Assembly (NCBI GenBank): GCA_965243205.1
Contig: CBDEUK010000002.1
Span: 1,376,001-1,440,000, forward strand
DNA length: 64,000 nucleotides
Reading direction: 5' to 3'
Source of the DNA: Gammaproteobacteria bacterium
Lineage (GTDB): Bacteria > Pseudomonadota > Gammaproteobacteria > Eutrophobiales > Eutrophobiaceae
Position numbers and translations under genes: made by a program. The notes under the pieces were generated by a model. That model did no database searches. It was not told where the DNA came from and saw only the letters and a list, made by a program, of their open reading frames with translations. Shown one piece after another: positions 62,363 through 64,000 of this stretch; the first letter of the stretch is position 1; each line of letters starts with the position of its first letter.

Positions 62363-63526
62363 CTATAAACTGTATGTTAAATCTTTAAAAGAAAAGCCAT
62401 CTAAAGATTGATGATAATCTTTGCCAAGTGCTAAGACTTTAAAACGTTCACCCATTTCATCAGGCATCACTAAGCTTTTTAATTCAGAATTTAATTTTAT
62501 GGTATCTAGATCCGTATTATTTATTATTTCATTATAAATAGATTGTATATCATTCCCTAATAGAAAATTCGCTTGGGTAGTATAACCTAAAATATCGTAA
62601 CCATTCTGGTAAGCTATTTTTGTAAAAGCAGAAAACTCTACATCACTGGTAATATCTTGAAACCCGATATTAATGTATGGATCATCGTGCACTCTATGTT
62701 GGTAAAAACATCGCATAGTACCCTTTTGTTTATCATGCGAATAATAATCATGTTTCGCAGAGCCATAATCCATTATCAAAAATACACCTTTCTTTAATTT
62801 CTGCATTATCTGTTTTAGTAATGGTTCATACATTAGATGTATCTCAGTTTGATACTGTTCATGTTCTAGCAACTCATTAGGAATATGTTTTTCAATATAT
62901 TGTTCTATAGAAGAATTAATCTCTATTATTTTCCAAATAAACTCCTCTTTTTCATAACTAACACTCATTTCATAGAATTGATTATTAATTACTTGTAACC
63001 GTTTAAATGGAAGAGCATCCAATAATTCATTGGCGATAATCACCCCAGATAATTGAGGAATCTGTTCTTGGTTTATCCACTGAATTTTTGGTAAGTATTC
63101 AGGGATACATTCTTCAAATAATTCTTTTTGTTTCTCCTTTAAAGCTGGACTGGTTTCGATTAAAAAATAAGATTCTGGTAGCGCTGAAAATTTATGTAAA
63201 TACAAAACTATATCTTTAGTTAACTGACCATCACCCGGGCCAAGTTCAACAATACATCCATCCGATGTTTGTTCCAAAATTTGCAAACATTGTTTAGCTA
63301 TTATCATTGAAAATAATGATGAACGGGTTGGTGCAGTTATAAAATCACCATCCGCACCAAAGATTGCATGTTTATGACAATAATAGCCATTTTCAGAATC
63401 GTACAGCGCAAGGTTTAAAAACTCATCGAAACCAATCGAACCACTCTTTTGAACAGATTGTATAAGTCGGTTGATTAATGACTGACTTTTTTTTAGATTA
63501 TTCGCGCTAAGTGGGGGTAGATTCAT
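62363..63526 (-). CDS. SAM-dependent methyltransferase, MidA/NDUFAF7 family
   Basis: ALY...GYY, GDFITAP, ELGPGDG, ANELLDALP, DYG, QDITSDV, EMGERFKV. Confidence 0.9.
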   Translation of the reverse strand: MNLPPLSANNLKKSQSLINRLIQSVQKSGSIGFDEFLNLALYDSENGYYCHKHAIFGADGDFITAPTRSSLFSMIIAKQCLQILEQTSDGCIVELGPGDGQLTKDIVLYLHKFSALPESYFLIETSPALKEKQKELFEECIPEYLPKIQWINQEQIPQLSGVIIANELLDALPFKRLQVINNQFYEMSVSYEKEEFIWKIIEINSSIEQYIEKHIPNELLEHEQYQTEIHLMYEPLLKQIMQKLKKGVFLIMDYGSAKHDYYSHDKQKGTMRCFYQHRVHDDPYINIGFQDITSDVEFSAFTKIAYQNGYDILGYTTQANFLLGNDIQSIYNEIINNTDLDTIKLNSELKSLVMPDEMGERFKVLALGKDYHQSLDGFSFKDLTYSL

Positions 63527-63587
63527 TTACAATATATGATAGTTTTATTTAATCAGTTCCATATCACCCTAATGTTCGAGCAGTTAA

Positions 63588-64000
63588 ATGGATAAAGTCG
63601 CGATAGTTACAGGTTCAGCAAAACGGATTGGTGCAGCAATTGTAAAACGCCTTCACCAAAACGGATTCAATGTCATGGTACATTACCATGAATCTAATAA
63701 TGAAGCTGAAAAACTCTGTGACGAACTTAATCAACAAAGACCTAATTCAGTTTATGAGATTTGTTACGATTTAAACGACCAAGCTTCATACGCTTCAATC
63801 ATTGAAAAATGTTTAACACAATTCCAACGTCTTGATGTTCTAATAAATAACGCATCAACGTTTTATTCAACTGATATAGATAATATTAATGAAAAAGTTT
63901 GGAATGATTTAATAAACATTAATCTCAAAGCACCAACGTTTCTTATCAAAGAAGCAACCGATTCATTGAAAAAGACCAACGGCTGTATCGTAAACATAAC
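63588..64000 (+). CDS. Pteridine reductase / FolM-like SDR, truncated by the window end
   Basis: MDKVAIVTGSAKRIGAAI...VHYHES...LINNAS.F...NLKAP; divergent from the MidA-family gene; not in the ORF track. Confidence 0.85.
   Translation, partial: MDKVAIVTGSAKRIGAAIVKRLHQNGFNVMVHYHESNNEAEKLCDELNQQRPNSVYEICYDLNDQASYASIIEKCLTQFQRLDVLINNASTFYSTDIDNINEKVWNDLININLKAPTFLIKEATDSLKKTNGCIVNI

Noticed and set aside
63572-63595. Upstream ATG in another frame, suggesting a frameshifted pteridine reductase
   Set aside because: ATG 63588 gives a complete SDR N-terminus (MDKVAIVTG), so no frameshift is needed

Overview
AT-rich gammaproteobacterial chromosome segment, probably marine and possibly sulfur-oxidising. 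Most of it is core genes: envC-ctpA-yibQ, ubiEJB, hslVU, dapF-yigA-xerC, rpe-gph-trpEGDC, ychF-pth-rplY-prs-tRNA-Gln-ispE-lolB-TPR, hemA-prfA-prmC-moeB, ntrBC, lysA, rhlB-trxA-rho, groESL, sat and uppP. The most striking region is the nitrogen locus. Where type I glnA normally sits upstream of DUF4124-ntrB-ntrC, there is instead a divergent pair: a soluble Hanks-type Ser/Thr kinase and a short type II (eukaryote-like) glutamine synthetase. A complete NtrC-enhancer/IHF/sigma54 promoter can be read in front of the synthetase. Other accessory features are a sigma28-type receiver-CheC-PAS/GGDEF/EAL module with no kinase, a degenerate GGDEF-cupin membrane protein, a stand-alone BLUF photoreceptor, and a VPLPA-CTERM repeat protein beside an Xre-RES toxin-antitoxin pair. 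There is also an FNR box before aer, CIRCE plus sigma32 control of groESL, and a small GGA-hairpin element at the groEL stop codon. All calls come from motif recognition by eye; no searches were run.
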